The notes beneath the pieces are model-generated. The model saw only the letters and a program-made list of their open reading frames with translations, was not told the DNA's origin and did no database searches. Positions 1 to 8,113 of a DNA stretch of 32,000 nt are shown piece after piece (within the stretch, counting starts at the first letter, position 1; the number at the start of each line of letters is the position of its first letter). Where the stretch lies: the NCBI RefSeq assembly GCF_000018305.1, contig NC_009954.1, forward strand, positions 450,001 to 482,000, in the 5' to 3' direction. The translations under genes were made by a program, and so were the position numbers. Source of the DNA: Caldivirga maquilingensis IC-167 (GTDB taxonomy: Archaea > Thermoproteota > Thermoprotei > Thermoproteales > Thermocladiaceae).

Positions 1-543
1 CCCTCATACGTACTAATGGCTGGTTCAAGGGGCATTAGGCTAAGTGTAATAGCCCCAAGGTACGTTATGGATGATTTAGTAAGCCTAATTAAGGCTACAC
101 ACATTCAACAGTACGTGAATGCGCTTAACCCAATACCCGTTGATACGCCGAATGAGCCATCCTTCATAATGGAGTTTAAGGGTATTAGGATTTACGCTGT
201 TAAGGTTAACCACACCGTGGAGGCTATGGCTGTTAAGTTAATTGACTCAGATGGATCATGCCTAACCTACAGTGGCGACACAGCACCCTCACGGTCACTG
301 GTTGAGTTGGCTAAGGGCTGTGGTGTACTTATTCATGAGGCGAGCGGGAATCCAGGCTTTGAGGAGGAGGCTCATAGGCATGGCCACAGTACCGTTAGGG
401 ACGCCGTTAATATTGCTAGGGAGGCTGGTGTTAAGCAGTTAGTGTTAACCCACTTCTACACAGTTAACCCAATCATAAGTGAACTGGGTGAGGGGTTAAG
501 CCTAATGATACCTTACGAATGCTCAACTATTGAAGTTAAGTAA
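1..543 (+). CDS. MBL-fold metallo-hydrolase, RNase Z/ELAC-like, C-terminal part (5' end outside window)
   Basis: Frame 1 is open from base 1 through the ATG at 16, so the gene is cut by the window edge. C-terminal metallo-beta-lactamase motifs occur in order: 'TYSGDTAP', 'VLIHEASG', 'HRHGHST', 'QLVLTHF'. Confidence 0.7.
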   Translation, partial: PSYVLMAGSRGIRLSVIAPRYVMDDLVSLIKATHIQQYVNALNPIPVDTPNEPSFIMEFKGIRIYAVKVNHTVEAMAVKLIDSDGSCLTYSGDTAPSRSLVELAKGCGVLIHEASGNPGFEEEAHRHGHSTVRDAVNIAREAGVKQLVLTHFYTVNPIISELGEGLSLMIPYECSTIEVK

Positions 544-549
544 GGGATC

Positions 550-906
550 TTAAACACCACTATTCCTAATCTCCCTCAGAAGCCTCCTAAGGAACTCCCT
601 CCTACGCCTAATCCCCCTCAGCCTACCCTCCACGTTACTCAACGGCACCCCCATCCTCCTAGCCTCAGCCACAGCCCCCTGGACATTAGCCTCCTCAATA
701 CGCAGCCACTCATACATAACCCTAATCCTCCTAACCTCCCCATAAGCATCATAGCCCTGCGGCTCAATATTAATGCCTAGGTAATCGCTAAGCCACTTAA
801 CCCTAGCCTCCTCATTATCCCTAAGCGCCCTTGATGCATCAATACCCCCAAGGAACCTAGAGTACTTGGTGGTAAGTAGCTTAATTAAAGGTGACTCACT
901 GCTCAT
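550..906 (-). CDS. hypothetical protein, 118 aa, strongly basic C-terminal tail
   Basis: Longest ORF in the region, with AGG-rich codon usage like its neighbours. There are 10 Arg in the last 28 residues ('GRLRGIRRRREFLRRLLREIR'). The ATG at 904-906 overlaps the upstream ORF's end by 11 nt. No family recognised. Confidence 0.5.
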   Translation of the reverse strand: MSSESPLIKLLTTKYSRFLGGIDASRALRDNEEARVKWLSDYLGINIEPQGYDAYGEVRRIRVMYEWLRIEEANVQGAVAEARRMGVPLSNVEGRLRGIRRRREFLRRLLREIRNSGV

Positions 907-1225
907 TAGGCATCAGCCTCTCCATAACCCTCTGCCCAAGGTACTTGTCCTCAACCCTACTTTCAACATTACCCACAACCTCATCATTAACCTCAACAAC
1001 CTCAACTTCATTAACCTCAGCCACCTCATCATTAATGGGCCTAAGCCTACTCACTGCAGTGGCCATGTTTAAGTCAATAACCCTTAGTATTGAGTAGAGG
1101 GAGTACTTATCTATTTTATTATTATATGCGTAAATTAAGGCTAACTCAAGAATCCTCCTACTTGCATCATTAGCAAGCCCCAAGGCCTTAATGCTACTTA
1201 ACAGTAACTGCCTACTCTTACCCAT
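896..1225 (-). CDS. hypothetical protein, 109 aa, helical N-terminus and acidic Val/Glu/Asn-repeat C-terminus
   Basis: A TATA-like 'tttttaa' (minus strand, 1250-1256) lies about 28 nt upstream of the ATG at 1223-1225. Acidic repeat 'INDEVAEVNEVEVVEVNDEVVGNVESRVEDK' has 11 D/E in 31 residues. No family recognised. Confidence 0.5.
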   Translation of the reverse strand: MGKSRQLLLSSIKALGLANDASRRILELALIYAYNNKIDKYSLYSILRVIDLNMATAVSRLRPINDEVAEVNEVEVVEVNDEVVGNVESRVEDKYLGQRVMERLMPNEQ

Positions 1226-1402
1226 GATTACTGATTCTCATTAACTACATTAAAAACTAACGTGTAGAATCTGTACTCACCATGAGTTTAAAGTTTAAGC
1301 AAATAAGCTGCTACGTAAATTACGCAATAATTTATTGAGGTAACAAACATTAATTCTTAGTACTACCTGCATTAATAACTTGATATAAACCAATGCATAA
1401 AA

Positions 1403-1413
1403 CTTAAAAAACA
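1403..1413 (+). promoter_or_regulatory. TATA-like box for the first pilin gene (leaderless-type spacing)
   Basis: 'cttaaaaaaca' is centred about 25 nt upstream of the ATG at 1432, inside a 206-bp AT-rich divergent intergenic region. Confidence 0.4.
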
Positions 1414-1431
1414 TATATCGATGGGTAATAC

Positions 1432-1941
1432 ATGGATTATTCAAGTAAAAGAATGAGGAGGGGTATTGAACCCATAGTGGCCGCAATACTATTAATAGTG
1501 ATAACTGTGGTGGCTGCAGTACTACTTTACTTCTGGTTCTCAGGATACTTATCGGCAACCACGACAAGAGTATCACAAATATCGGCACCGGAGGAGGCTC
1601 AAATAATTGGAGTTAACTACGCCCCCACTAGCAATTATTTAGTCGTATTCCTTCAGAATGTTGGGCAAATACCTATAACCATAGCGCAGGCATATATATT
1701 AAATAGTACAACACTCAATGTAGTATGTTCACTAGCAATAAGTGGGTATACGCCATTACCTAGTTCAGTCTCCAGTACATCGGGCCCAGTATCATCAGTA
1801 TCCACTGTAACCATAGGAGGCAGTGGTGCGGTAGCTATATTTCTTGGTTTATCAGGCTGTAGCCTAAGTCCAAACACCATATATGTGGTTAAGCTTGTTA
1901 CTGCTAGGGGTACTCAGATAACTTACGAGTTCTCAACGTAA
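1432..1941 (+). CDS. archaeal type IV pilin-like protein (class III signal peptide)
   Basis: N-terminus 'MDYSSKRMRRG|IEPIVAAILLIVITVVAAVLLY' has a basic leader, Gly at -1 and a hydrophobic helix, matching the archaeal pilin N-terminal domain pattern G-(I/V)-(S/E)-P-(I/V). The rest is Ser/Thr/Val-rich and beta-like. Confidence 0.72.
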   Translation: MDYSSKRMRRGIEPIVAAILLIVITVVAAVLLYFWFSGYLSATTTRVSQISAPEEAQIIGVNYAPTSNYLVVFLQNVGQIPITIAQAYILNSTTLNVVCSLAISGYTPLPSSVSSTSGPVSSVSTVTIGGSGAVAIFLGLSGCSLSPNTIYVVKLVTARGTQITYEFST

Positions 1942-1942
1942 A

Positions 1943-1958
1943 GGCTTAAATTTAAGCC
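1943..1958. promoter_or_regulatory. perfect 16-bp palindrome GGCTTAAATTTAAGCC between pilin genes 1 and 2
   Basis: Read directly from the sequence. It starts 2 nt after the TAA stop (1939-1941) and its centre lies about 25 nt upstream of the ATG at 1975. The A/T core could act as a TATA box, and the element could fold as a 6-bp stem with a 4-nt loop. Confidence 0.4.
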
Positions 1959-1974
1959 TGTGTTTAAAATAATC

Positions 1975-2406
1975 ATGGTTTCTTTAAGGCTTGGTTCAAG
2001 TGAAATAACTGGAGCCGTGCTTATTCTAGTAATCTCAGTGGTACTTAGTGTGGCTTTACTAGCCTTATTCATAAACTACATTAATAATTCACTGCAGAGC
2101 CTTTACAGTGGCCCATTAGGCTACCACTGTGAATTCACCGTGATTGGTTATGCAATGAATGATACGGCAGGTACATATGAAGTGGCCCTTGCCCTCTATA
2201 ATTACGGTTCAGCGACATGCATTATTAATGGTGCAGCCATCATTAATGCAACAACCGGTAATGTGATAATGATTATACCCTACAGTAGCCCCATTAAGTT
2301 CAGTAAATTCACCATAGTGACCATTAAGGTTAATTCAATTAAACCACCCTTCATAATTAGGTTCTATGCAAATGACGGGTACACGGGTGACGCCATTGTC
2401 GAGTAG
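1975..2406 (+). CDS. pilin-like protein with class III signal peptide-like N-terminus
   Basis: 'MVSLRLG|SSEITGAVLILVISVVLSVALLALF'. The ORF track starts at GTG 1960. I prefer ATG 1975 because of the upstream A/T box spacing; either start is possible. Confidence 0.6.
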   Translation: MVSLRLGSSEITGAVLILVISVVLSVALLALFINYINNSLQSLYSGPLGYHCEFTVIGYAMNDTAGTYEVALALYNYGSATCIINGAAIINATTGNVIMIIPYSSPIKFSKFTIVTIKVNSIKPPFIIRFYANDGYTGDAIVE

Positions 2407-3802
2407 GCTTGGGCTTGGTGAAATATACGTATTCGCAATATTCATGGTGGCTGCTGTGGTACTTCTACTCTCAGTACTGTATATGGTTAATTCAGTGAGG
2501 GGATTCATTAGTAGGGAGGCCACCTACGCTGCATTAGCCTCATCATCAAGCATAAGCCTAATACCCCAGTCGCCACCACTGGTTAACGGTGGCTTCATCT
2601 ACGTTAACGCATCCCTTGAGGGTAACTTAGGCGTATTCAGCATAGGCTCACTACCAGGCTACGCCCTCTGTACAGTTAAGTTGATTAATGGGACAATGTA
2701 CTATGCCCAGGGCTCAGTATCATATGATTCAATGAATGGGGTAATTAATGTTCATGCTAAATGCCCACTATCAGTAAAGAATCCAAGCAACTTAACTCAA
2801 TTAACCCTAACCCTGCCAACACCATTGGGTTCAAGCATTCAATTAACCTTCAACTACAGGCCAAGTATACGAGTATTCGAGTACCCACAGTACACTAGCC
2901 TAGGCTCTAATGCTACGATCAGCCTATACGTTTACAATAACTCCACTGGGTGGGTTTACGTTAACGCCTCAGTGATCAGCGGCGATGGTTACGTGGTTAA
3001 ACTCGGTAGCGTAATGATACCGCCCGAATCCTCAACATTACTGGTTAACTACACGTTAATCAATTCACCCACAATGACGCTAAGCTACACCATTAATAAC
3101 CTAGCTACAATTAATAAAACCATCACCATAACACTAATTAGCCAAACAACCACCACAACCTCAATACCAACATACTGCACACCCGGTAAAACCGCATTCG
3201 CTTACCTGGGTAACGGAACAAGTAACATGCTTAAATCCGGGGCTACAAGTGGCCTTTACTGGAATTACATGATTTATAATGGCACCATTAATGGGCTTGT
3301 TAACCCAATATACATGTATGCAATAAATACAGGTGGCTTAAGTAATACAAATGGGTATGTATTAATCCTTTACTATGATTTATCCACCCTAAACATCCAC
3401 ATATCTAACTACCCCATAGTATCAGCTGTTCTTTATCCAACCCAATACACGATTAATGGAACCTTATTCTTCATATTCATAGTAACCAGTAACAATAATC
3501 TCATAATGGTTTATAAGTCATCCAATGTTAATCCATCATCAACAGCCCCCAATACAAACGCCGCAACCAACGCCAGTAACCTAGTAGCTTCAATTCTTGG
3601 TACTAATAATAAAAATATATACATGATATCAAATGGTTCAATATTTAGTAATGCATTACTATATTACCATGTTAATTTAGCTAATATAATTAGTGGTAAC
3701 CCTAAGTATAAGTATATCGGTATCGGTGTGTATCTTCCTAACTACTATTATCCTAATTATGGAATCGCCTATTGGGATTACTTATGTATTTCCAGTTCAT
3801 AA
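2366..3802 (+). CDS. large (478 aa) pilin-like / secreted glycoprotein candidate with hydrophobic prepilin-like N-terminus
   Basis: '..SSRLGLG|EIYVFAIFMVAAVVLLLSVLY'. It has a Thr linker 'SQTTTTTS' (nt 3140-3163), about 14 N-x-S/T sequons and a Tyr/Asn-rich C-terminus. Alternative starts are ATG 2372 and GTG 2387, and all of them overlap the upstream gene's stop (2404-2406). Confidence 0.55.
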   Translation: MQMTGTRVTPLSSRLGLGEIYVFAIFMVAAVVLLLSVLYMVNSVRGFISREATYAALASSSSISLIPQSPPLVNGGFIYVNASLEGNLGVFSIGSLPGYALCTVKLINGTMYYAQGSVSYDSMNGVINVHAKCPLSVKNPSNLTQLTLTLPTPLGSSIQLTFNYRPSIRVFEYPQYTSLGSNATISLYVYNNSTGWVYVNASVISGDGYVVKLGSVMIPPESSTLLVNYTLINSPTMTLSYTINNLATINKTITITLISQTTTTTSIPTYCTPGKTAFAYLGNGTSNMLKSGATSGLYWNYMIYNGTINGLVNPIYMYAINTGGLSNTNGYVLILYYDLSTLNIHISNYPIVSAVLYPTQYTINGTLFFIFIVTSNNNLIMVYKSSNVNPSSTAPNTNAATNASNLVASILGTNNKNIYMISNGSIFSNALLYYHVNLANIISGNPKYKYIGIGVYLPNYYYPNYGIAYWDYLCISSS

Positions 3803-3992
3803 TTCATATTTTACCTAAATCTAGTGATTAATCAATTATGAGCCCCTAACCTATTTTCATGCCTGAACTTGGAATTAATTCTAAAATAGGATACGCCTAG
3901 ATTCAAGGCTAGCCGGTAAGTAATGGAGTATTAATGTTAATTCAGTGAACATGATTAATGAGGCTTAGTGCTACATAAATTAGCAACTGGTA

Positions 3993-5624
3993 TCACTGTT
4001 TAAGCATTTTTAAGGCGACTTCCCTTAACCCAAGCTTCCCCTCTCTAAATAACTCAGGTTCCATTTGCCTTATATTCCTTGACAACTGTGGTTTAAACTC
4101 CATTTTACTTAAAATATCCCTCTCAATATCCACACCTGGCGCATACTCCTCAAGTAGCAGGCCTTCAGGTGTTAACCTGAATACTGCCCTTTCAGTTATA
4201 TAAAGCACCTCCTTGCCTGCCTTTAGGCCTAGTTCAGCGTTGAAGGCTATTTTATAGGGCTTCTTAACGAACTTAACAATATCACCATCCCTCCCAATTA
4301 CTAACCTACCGTTCTCAATCCTAATATCCCTCTTACCTGCGGTGAAGGCTCCGGCGAAGTATATCCTAGGTGCTCCATGGACTATTGATGGGAATCCACC
4401 AGGTCCAGGTAGTCTCTCAGGTAGGAAGCTTGGGTTAACGTCACCCCTTGGTCCAACCTGCATGAAGCCCAGTGAAGTGGCGTTAATTGCCCCACCCTCG
4501 TATATAGTGAATTGATCAGGCATTGGTATTACTGCGAATGGGGCTATGGCTACGCCGAAGTCGTCGCCATTTAGGGCTATTCCACCCCATGGACCTGACT
4601 CAACTGTGGTGAATATTAAGTCCCCAAGCCCCTCCTCACTAATAATCCTAGCCACTGTTGATGGTATCCCAATACCTAGGTTAACTATGAGGGGTTTACC
4701 CACCTTACCGAGTAGGTTAACTAACTCAACCGTAACCCTCCTGGCTATAACCTTCTCAAAATCCATTTTACCATCCTGCTGGAGGCAAATGTTACTTGGG
4801 GTTACGCGTCCACACACCCTTGGATCATACTTTATGGATGCTGATTGAGTGTGGTACTCCATGGGTGCCTCAACAATGTAATCTATTAACGGCCCTGGGA
4901 CGTGAACACCCTTAGGTCTTATTGAACCAGCCTTAGTAACGTACATTACCTGAGCCACCACCATGCCTGGGTTGGGCATTGCCTTAGTGGCCTGGGTTAT
5001 GGCTAATACGGTGCCGTATATTGCCTCATCCTCCATGCTTAAGTTACCTAACTCATCGGCTGTTGAACCCCTTATTAAGGCGGCGTTGGGCTTTGGGCAA
5101 TCATACATTAAATACTCCTCCCCCTTAATCTCAATTAACTCAACCCTACATGCCTTACGCTCCCTGGCTAATTCATTAAGGTAAATCCCATCCTGCCTGG
5201 GGTCAAGGAATGTGCCTAAACCAACCTTAGTGATAACAGGTAGGCCAAGGGCCTTACTCCTAAACCAATGCACTGATACACCTATTGGCCAGGTGTAGGC
5301 CTCAACCCTATTCTCAAGGGCTAGGCGTTGAAGCCACGGTGATTGGCCTAGGAATGGGAGCATGAAGCCCCTAATGAAGTTGAAGTCACCCTCATCATAC
5401 ATTGATTTAGCCACTAGGTCAAGACCATGGTTATTAGCTGCGGGCAATGTGTCTGATACTATGAATAAGCCACTGGGGTGCCCGGTCCTCCTGTATAGGT
5501 CGAAGAGCTTTATTATGAGGTATTCAGGCATTGTGGCTGCATTAAAGCCTGAAATAGCCACCACTGAATTATCCTTAATATTGCTTAACGCCTCCTCAGC
5601 ATCAGTAATCTTAACGATAGTCAC
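3993..5624 (-). CDS. family I acyl-CoA:acetate/3-ketoacid CoA-transferase, fused alpha/beta (YdiF-like)
   Basis: Collinear with E. coli YdiF as I recall it: 'GLGTFLDPRQDG', active-site Glu context 'TTVESGPWGG', and C-terminal 'YITERAVFRLTPEGLLLEEYAPGVDIERDILSKMEFKP'. Length is 543 aa. Confidence 0.88.
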   Translation of the reverse strand: MTIVKITDAEEALSNIKDNSVVAISGFNAATMPEYLIIKLFDLYRRTGHPSGLFIVSDTLPAANNHGLDLVAKSMYDEGDFNFIRGFMLPFLGQSPWLQRLALENRVEAYTWPIGVSVHWFRSKALGLPVITKVGLGTFLDPRQDGIYLNELARERKACRVELIEIKGEEYLMYDCPKPNAALIRGSTADELGNLSMEDEAIYGTVLAITQATKAMPNPGMVVAQVMYVTKAGSIRPKGVHVPGPLIDYIVEAPMEYHTQSASIKYDPRVCGRVTPSNICLQQDGKMDFEKVIARRVTVELVNLLGKVGKPLIVNLGIGIPSTVARIISEEGLGDLIFTTVESGPWGGIALNGDDFGVAIAPFAVIPMPDQFTIYEGGAINATSLGFMQVGPRGDVNPSFLPERLPGPGGFPSIVHGAPRIYFAGAFTAGKRDIRIENGRLVIGRDGDIVKFVKKPYKIAFNAELGLKAGKEVLYITERAVFRLTPEGLLLEEYAPGVDIERDILSKMEFKPQLSRNIRQMEPELFREGKLGLREVALKMLKQ

Positions 5625-5804
5625 TTAACTCCCCTAGCTGGGACTAGATGTTCAAGCTTAAATCACCTATTTCATTTTATGTTAAGCAAGAATAAAACGC
5701 ATATTAGGCAAATGTCGGATACTAAAAATTCAACTCACATTTACTCTAACCTAACTCTTAATAGAAGTACACTTTAAAAACCCTCCCATATGATTAAAAC
5801 CCTA

Positions 5805-7127
5805 CTACTCGAGTTTAATCTCATTAATGTTAATCCTCTCCGGAATCTTAGCTCTCTCAAATCTCCAGGCTTCCTTACTTAATGGCCTAGTGGCGTCAAT
5901 ACCCATCTTTGTTGTTAAGCCTATTGATTGATCAATGGCTGCTGGATCAAGGCTTGAACCCCTAACACCCTCAATGATCACCAGGTCCTCGTCAGCCCTA
6001 AACCTGGTTGCAATTGCCCACTCAACCTCATTCAAGTCATCAATGTTAACATCATCATCAACAACCACAACATGCTTTAAACTTGGGTGGGCGGAGAAGG
6101 CTGCCAGTATTGCGTTCTTACCCTCACCCTCAATTGTCTTCCTAATAGCCACAATGGCGTGAAGCCAACCCCCACCACCCCTCGTTAATCTAACGGCCTT
6201 AACATCAGCCACAGTCCTAACTGCATTCCATATCCTGGCCTCCTTCTCAAAACCCATTAAAATAGAGTTCTCAGCATCACCGGCGACAAGTACATGCACT
6301 ATTGGGTTAGGTTTAACATAGATTGAGGTTATTTTAACCACAGGCTGCCTCCTAACTACATCGTATGTACTCATTACGTCAACGCACGGACCCTCATCAT
6401 GCTCAGCATCCTTAAGAATGAAACCCTCCATAACCACTTCCGCATCAACTGGAACTGGAACACCGTTACTCAGCCTAAAAACCCTTAATTCACCGTTCAT
6501 GAGCCTATTGGCGACACCTAATTCACTGACACCATACGGTGGGGAGGAGGCTGAGGCGAGGAGGAAGGCTGGGTGAATTCCCCAGACTATGGCTATTGGT
6601 GTATCACGCCCCTTAGCCTTATTATCATTAAAGATCCTGTAGAGGTGCCTTGGCACAAGCCTAATCACGAACTTATCCCTATCAATAACTGTAAGCCTAT
6701 GGAAGGATGCATTAACGTAGTCACCTAAACCAAGAACCACACCACTGGTTAAGCATGGTCCAGGCTCCCTCTCAAAGAACCTCGGCACTGGGAGCTTACT
6801 TAAATCAACCTCACTTAGCCTAATGAGCGGGAAGTCATTAACCTCCCTTGGTTCAAGGGGATTAGCCTCAGCGTTAAGAAGCTTAATGTAAGCCTCCTCA
6901 GCATTACTGACCCCTAGGGCCATCATTAACTTAACCCTAGTATCCACTATGTTGGCCACAGCCCTGAAGCCTGGGTGATCCTTAATGTTATTGAAGAGTA
7001 TGGCTGGCCCAAGGCCACTGAACCTATGAGCAATTAGCGGTATATCGAACTCCACCGCCATGGGTGAGTTAACTACCTTAAGTAAACCAGCCCCCCTTAA
7101 TTCATTAAGGTAATTACTCAAGTCCAT
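5805..7127 (-). CDS. UbiD-family (prFMN-dependent) decarboxylase
   Basis: 440 aa with a typical UbiD N-terminus: 'LNELRGAGLLKVVNSPMAVEFDIPLIAHRF...GPAILFNNIKDHPG'. The C-terminal part reads '...GGGGWLHAIVAIRK...HVVVVDDDVNIDDLNEVEWAIATR'. Confidence 0.88.
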   Translation of the reverse strand: MDLSNYLNELRGAGLLKVVNSPMAVEFDIPLIAHRFSGLGPAILFNNIKDHPGFRAVANIVDTRVKLMMALGVSNAEEAYIKLLNAEANPLEPREVNDFPLIRLSEVDLSKLPVPRFFEREPGPCLTSGVVLGLGDYVNASFHRLTVIDRDKFVIRLVPRHLYRIFNDNKAKGRDTPIAIVWGIHPAFLLASASSPPYGVSELGVANRLMNGELRVFRLSNGVPVPVDAEVVMEGFILKDAEHDEGPCVDVMSTYDVVRRQPVVKITSIYVKPNPIVHVLVAGDAENSILMGFEKEARIWNAVRTVADVKAVRLTRGGGGWLHAIVAIRKTIEGEGKNAILAAFSAHPSLKHVVVVDDDVNIDDLNEVEWAIATRFRADEDLVIIEGVRGSSLDPAAIDQSIGLTTKMGIDATRPLSKEAWRFERAKIPERININEIKLE

Positions 7128-7189
7128 TAAGTACGCACCACCAGGCCCTTAATTAAGTATTAACCGTATTACCCCGGGTGATTAATTAG

Positions 7190-8113
7190 CTATATGTGCA
7201 TTATTTGAGGCATGTATAGGTTAAGCACGTAGTTAAGCGCCACAGCGATTATAGTCATTATTGATGAGTGCATTAACCCAACGCCAAGATTCCTGTAAAC
7301 CACCTTACCTATTATCATGCCTGTGAAGATTGATTGAATCATAATGCTGTAGACGAATAGGGAGTTTATGACGTTAATACTTAGGCTACCGAATGATATT
7401 AGGCCAGTGGGTAGTGAACTCACTATTGTTGAGGTTACTGAGATTAACCTAGGTATTAGTATAGCCAGTATCACTGAACCCAGGAACACGTATATTATTA
7501 TTATCGTGTAGGCTAACGCAATGTATGGTTTAAGGGAATTAACCTTATCAAGCTCATTAACAACAACATTATCAAGCTCCCTATAGGCTAAGTCAAGAAC
7601 CTCAGCAGCCTTAGTACCACTCCTCAGGGCTGATTCAAGAACTATTGAGGCTAATTCAAGGTACCTATTGTTAAGCTCATGGGCAAGGCCCATTAAGGCA
7701 GCGCTCAGTTCACCGGGCCCTACTACACTTAACCTAAGCCTACCACCAAGCTCCCTAGCCAATACACCACCCTGCTTAAAGGTTAAGTTAATGGTCTCAG
7801 TTATGGTTAAGCCTGTGCTTAACCCATCCCTAATCACCCTAATGAAGATGGGTAACTCACCTGTAATGTAATTATTAATCCTCCACCTACCGTATTCAGG
7901 TATTGATGCTATTAATATTACTAAGGCCGCTGAGGCTACGTACACCGATACGTAAACGTAGTTACTGGGTAATGGTATGTTAAGGGAGATATTCATGAAG
8001 CTTAAGGTAACTAACACCTTAGGTGCCGTTAAGTAACTGAGTGCAATAATTATTGTCACTACCAGTGCAGTGGTGTACTTAATAATTATGTTTAACTTAA
8101 CCACACGGTGCAT
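7190..8113 (-). CDS. T2SS-F (TadC/FlaJ-half-like) pilus platform membrane protein, single domain
   Basis: Polytopic membrane protein with a cytoplasmic helical block 'ELPIFIRVIRDGLSTGLTITETINL...ELASIVLESALRSGTKAAEVLDLAYREL' flanked by TM helices. Divergent from the ATPase gene. Confidence 0.72.
   Translation of the reverse strand: MHRVVKLNIIIKYTTALVVTIIIALSYLTAPKVLVTLSFMNISLNIPLPSNYVYVSVYVASAALVILIASIPEYGRWRINNYITGELPIFIRVIRDGLSTGLTITETINLTFKQGGVLARELGGRLRLSVVGPGELSAALMGLAHELNNRYLELASIVLESALRSGTKAAEVLDLAYRELDNVVVNELDKVNSLKPYIALAYTIIIIYVFLGSVILAILIPRLISVTSTIVSSLPTGLISFGSLSINVINSLFVYSIMIQSIFTGMIIGKVVYRNLGVGLMHSSIMTIIAVALNYVLNLYMPQIMHI

Noticed and set aside
866-1097. Two + strand ORFs (866-1072, 891-1097) with low-complexity Ser/Thr/Leu/Asn-rich translations
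   Set aside because: They are antisense shadows of the minus-strand acidic-repeat gene, produced by the repetitive 'aacctca'-type DNA. They have no promoter context and an implausible composition.
1295-1588. Minus-strand 97-aa ORF spanning the pilin promoter and the start of the pilin gene
   Set aside because: It runs through an AT-rich intergenic region and is antisense to a well-supported pilin N-terminus. Its composition (Leu/Phe/Ile from AT-rich DNA) is typical of a spurious ORF.
4546-5628. Three + strand ORFs antisense to the CoA-transferase gene. The same applies to the other antisense track ORFs at 1653-1880, 2335-2523, 5935-6162, 7668-7871, 8428-8610, 9378-9563, 10654-10920, 13036-13230, 15577-15807, 17036-17224, 19626-19826, 21033-21341, 22696-22935, 23216-23416, 24189-24386, 25337-25669, 26767-27127 and 30857-31045
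   Set aside because: Each lies fully inside, or nearly all within, a longer ORF on the opposite strand that has clear family motifs. Their translations are low-complexity (Ser/Leu/Pro/Thr-rich) with no recognisable motifs.
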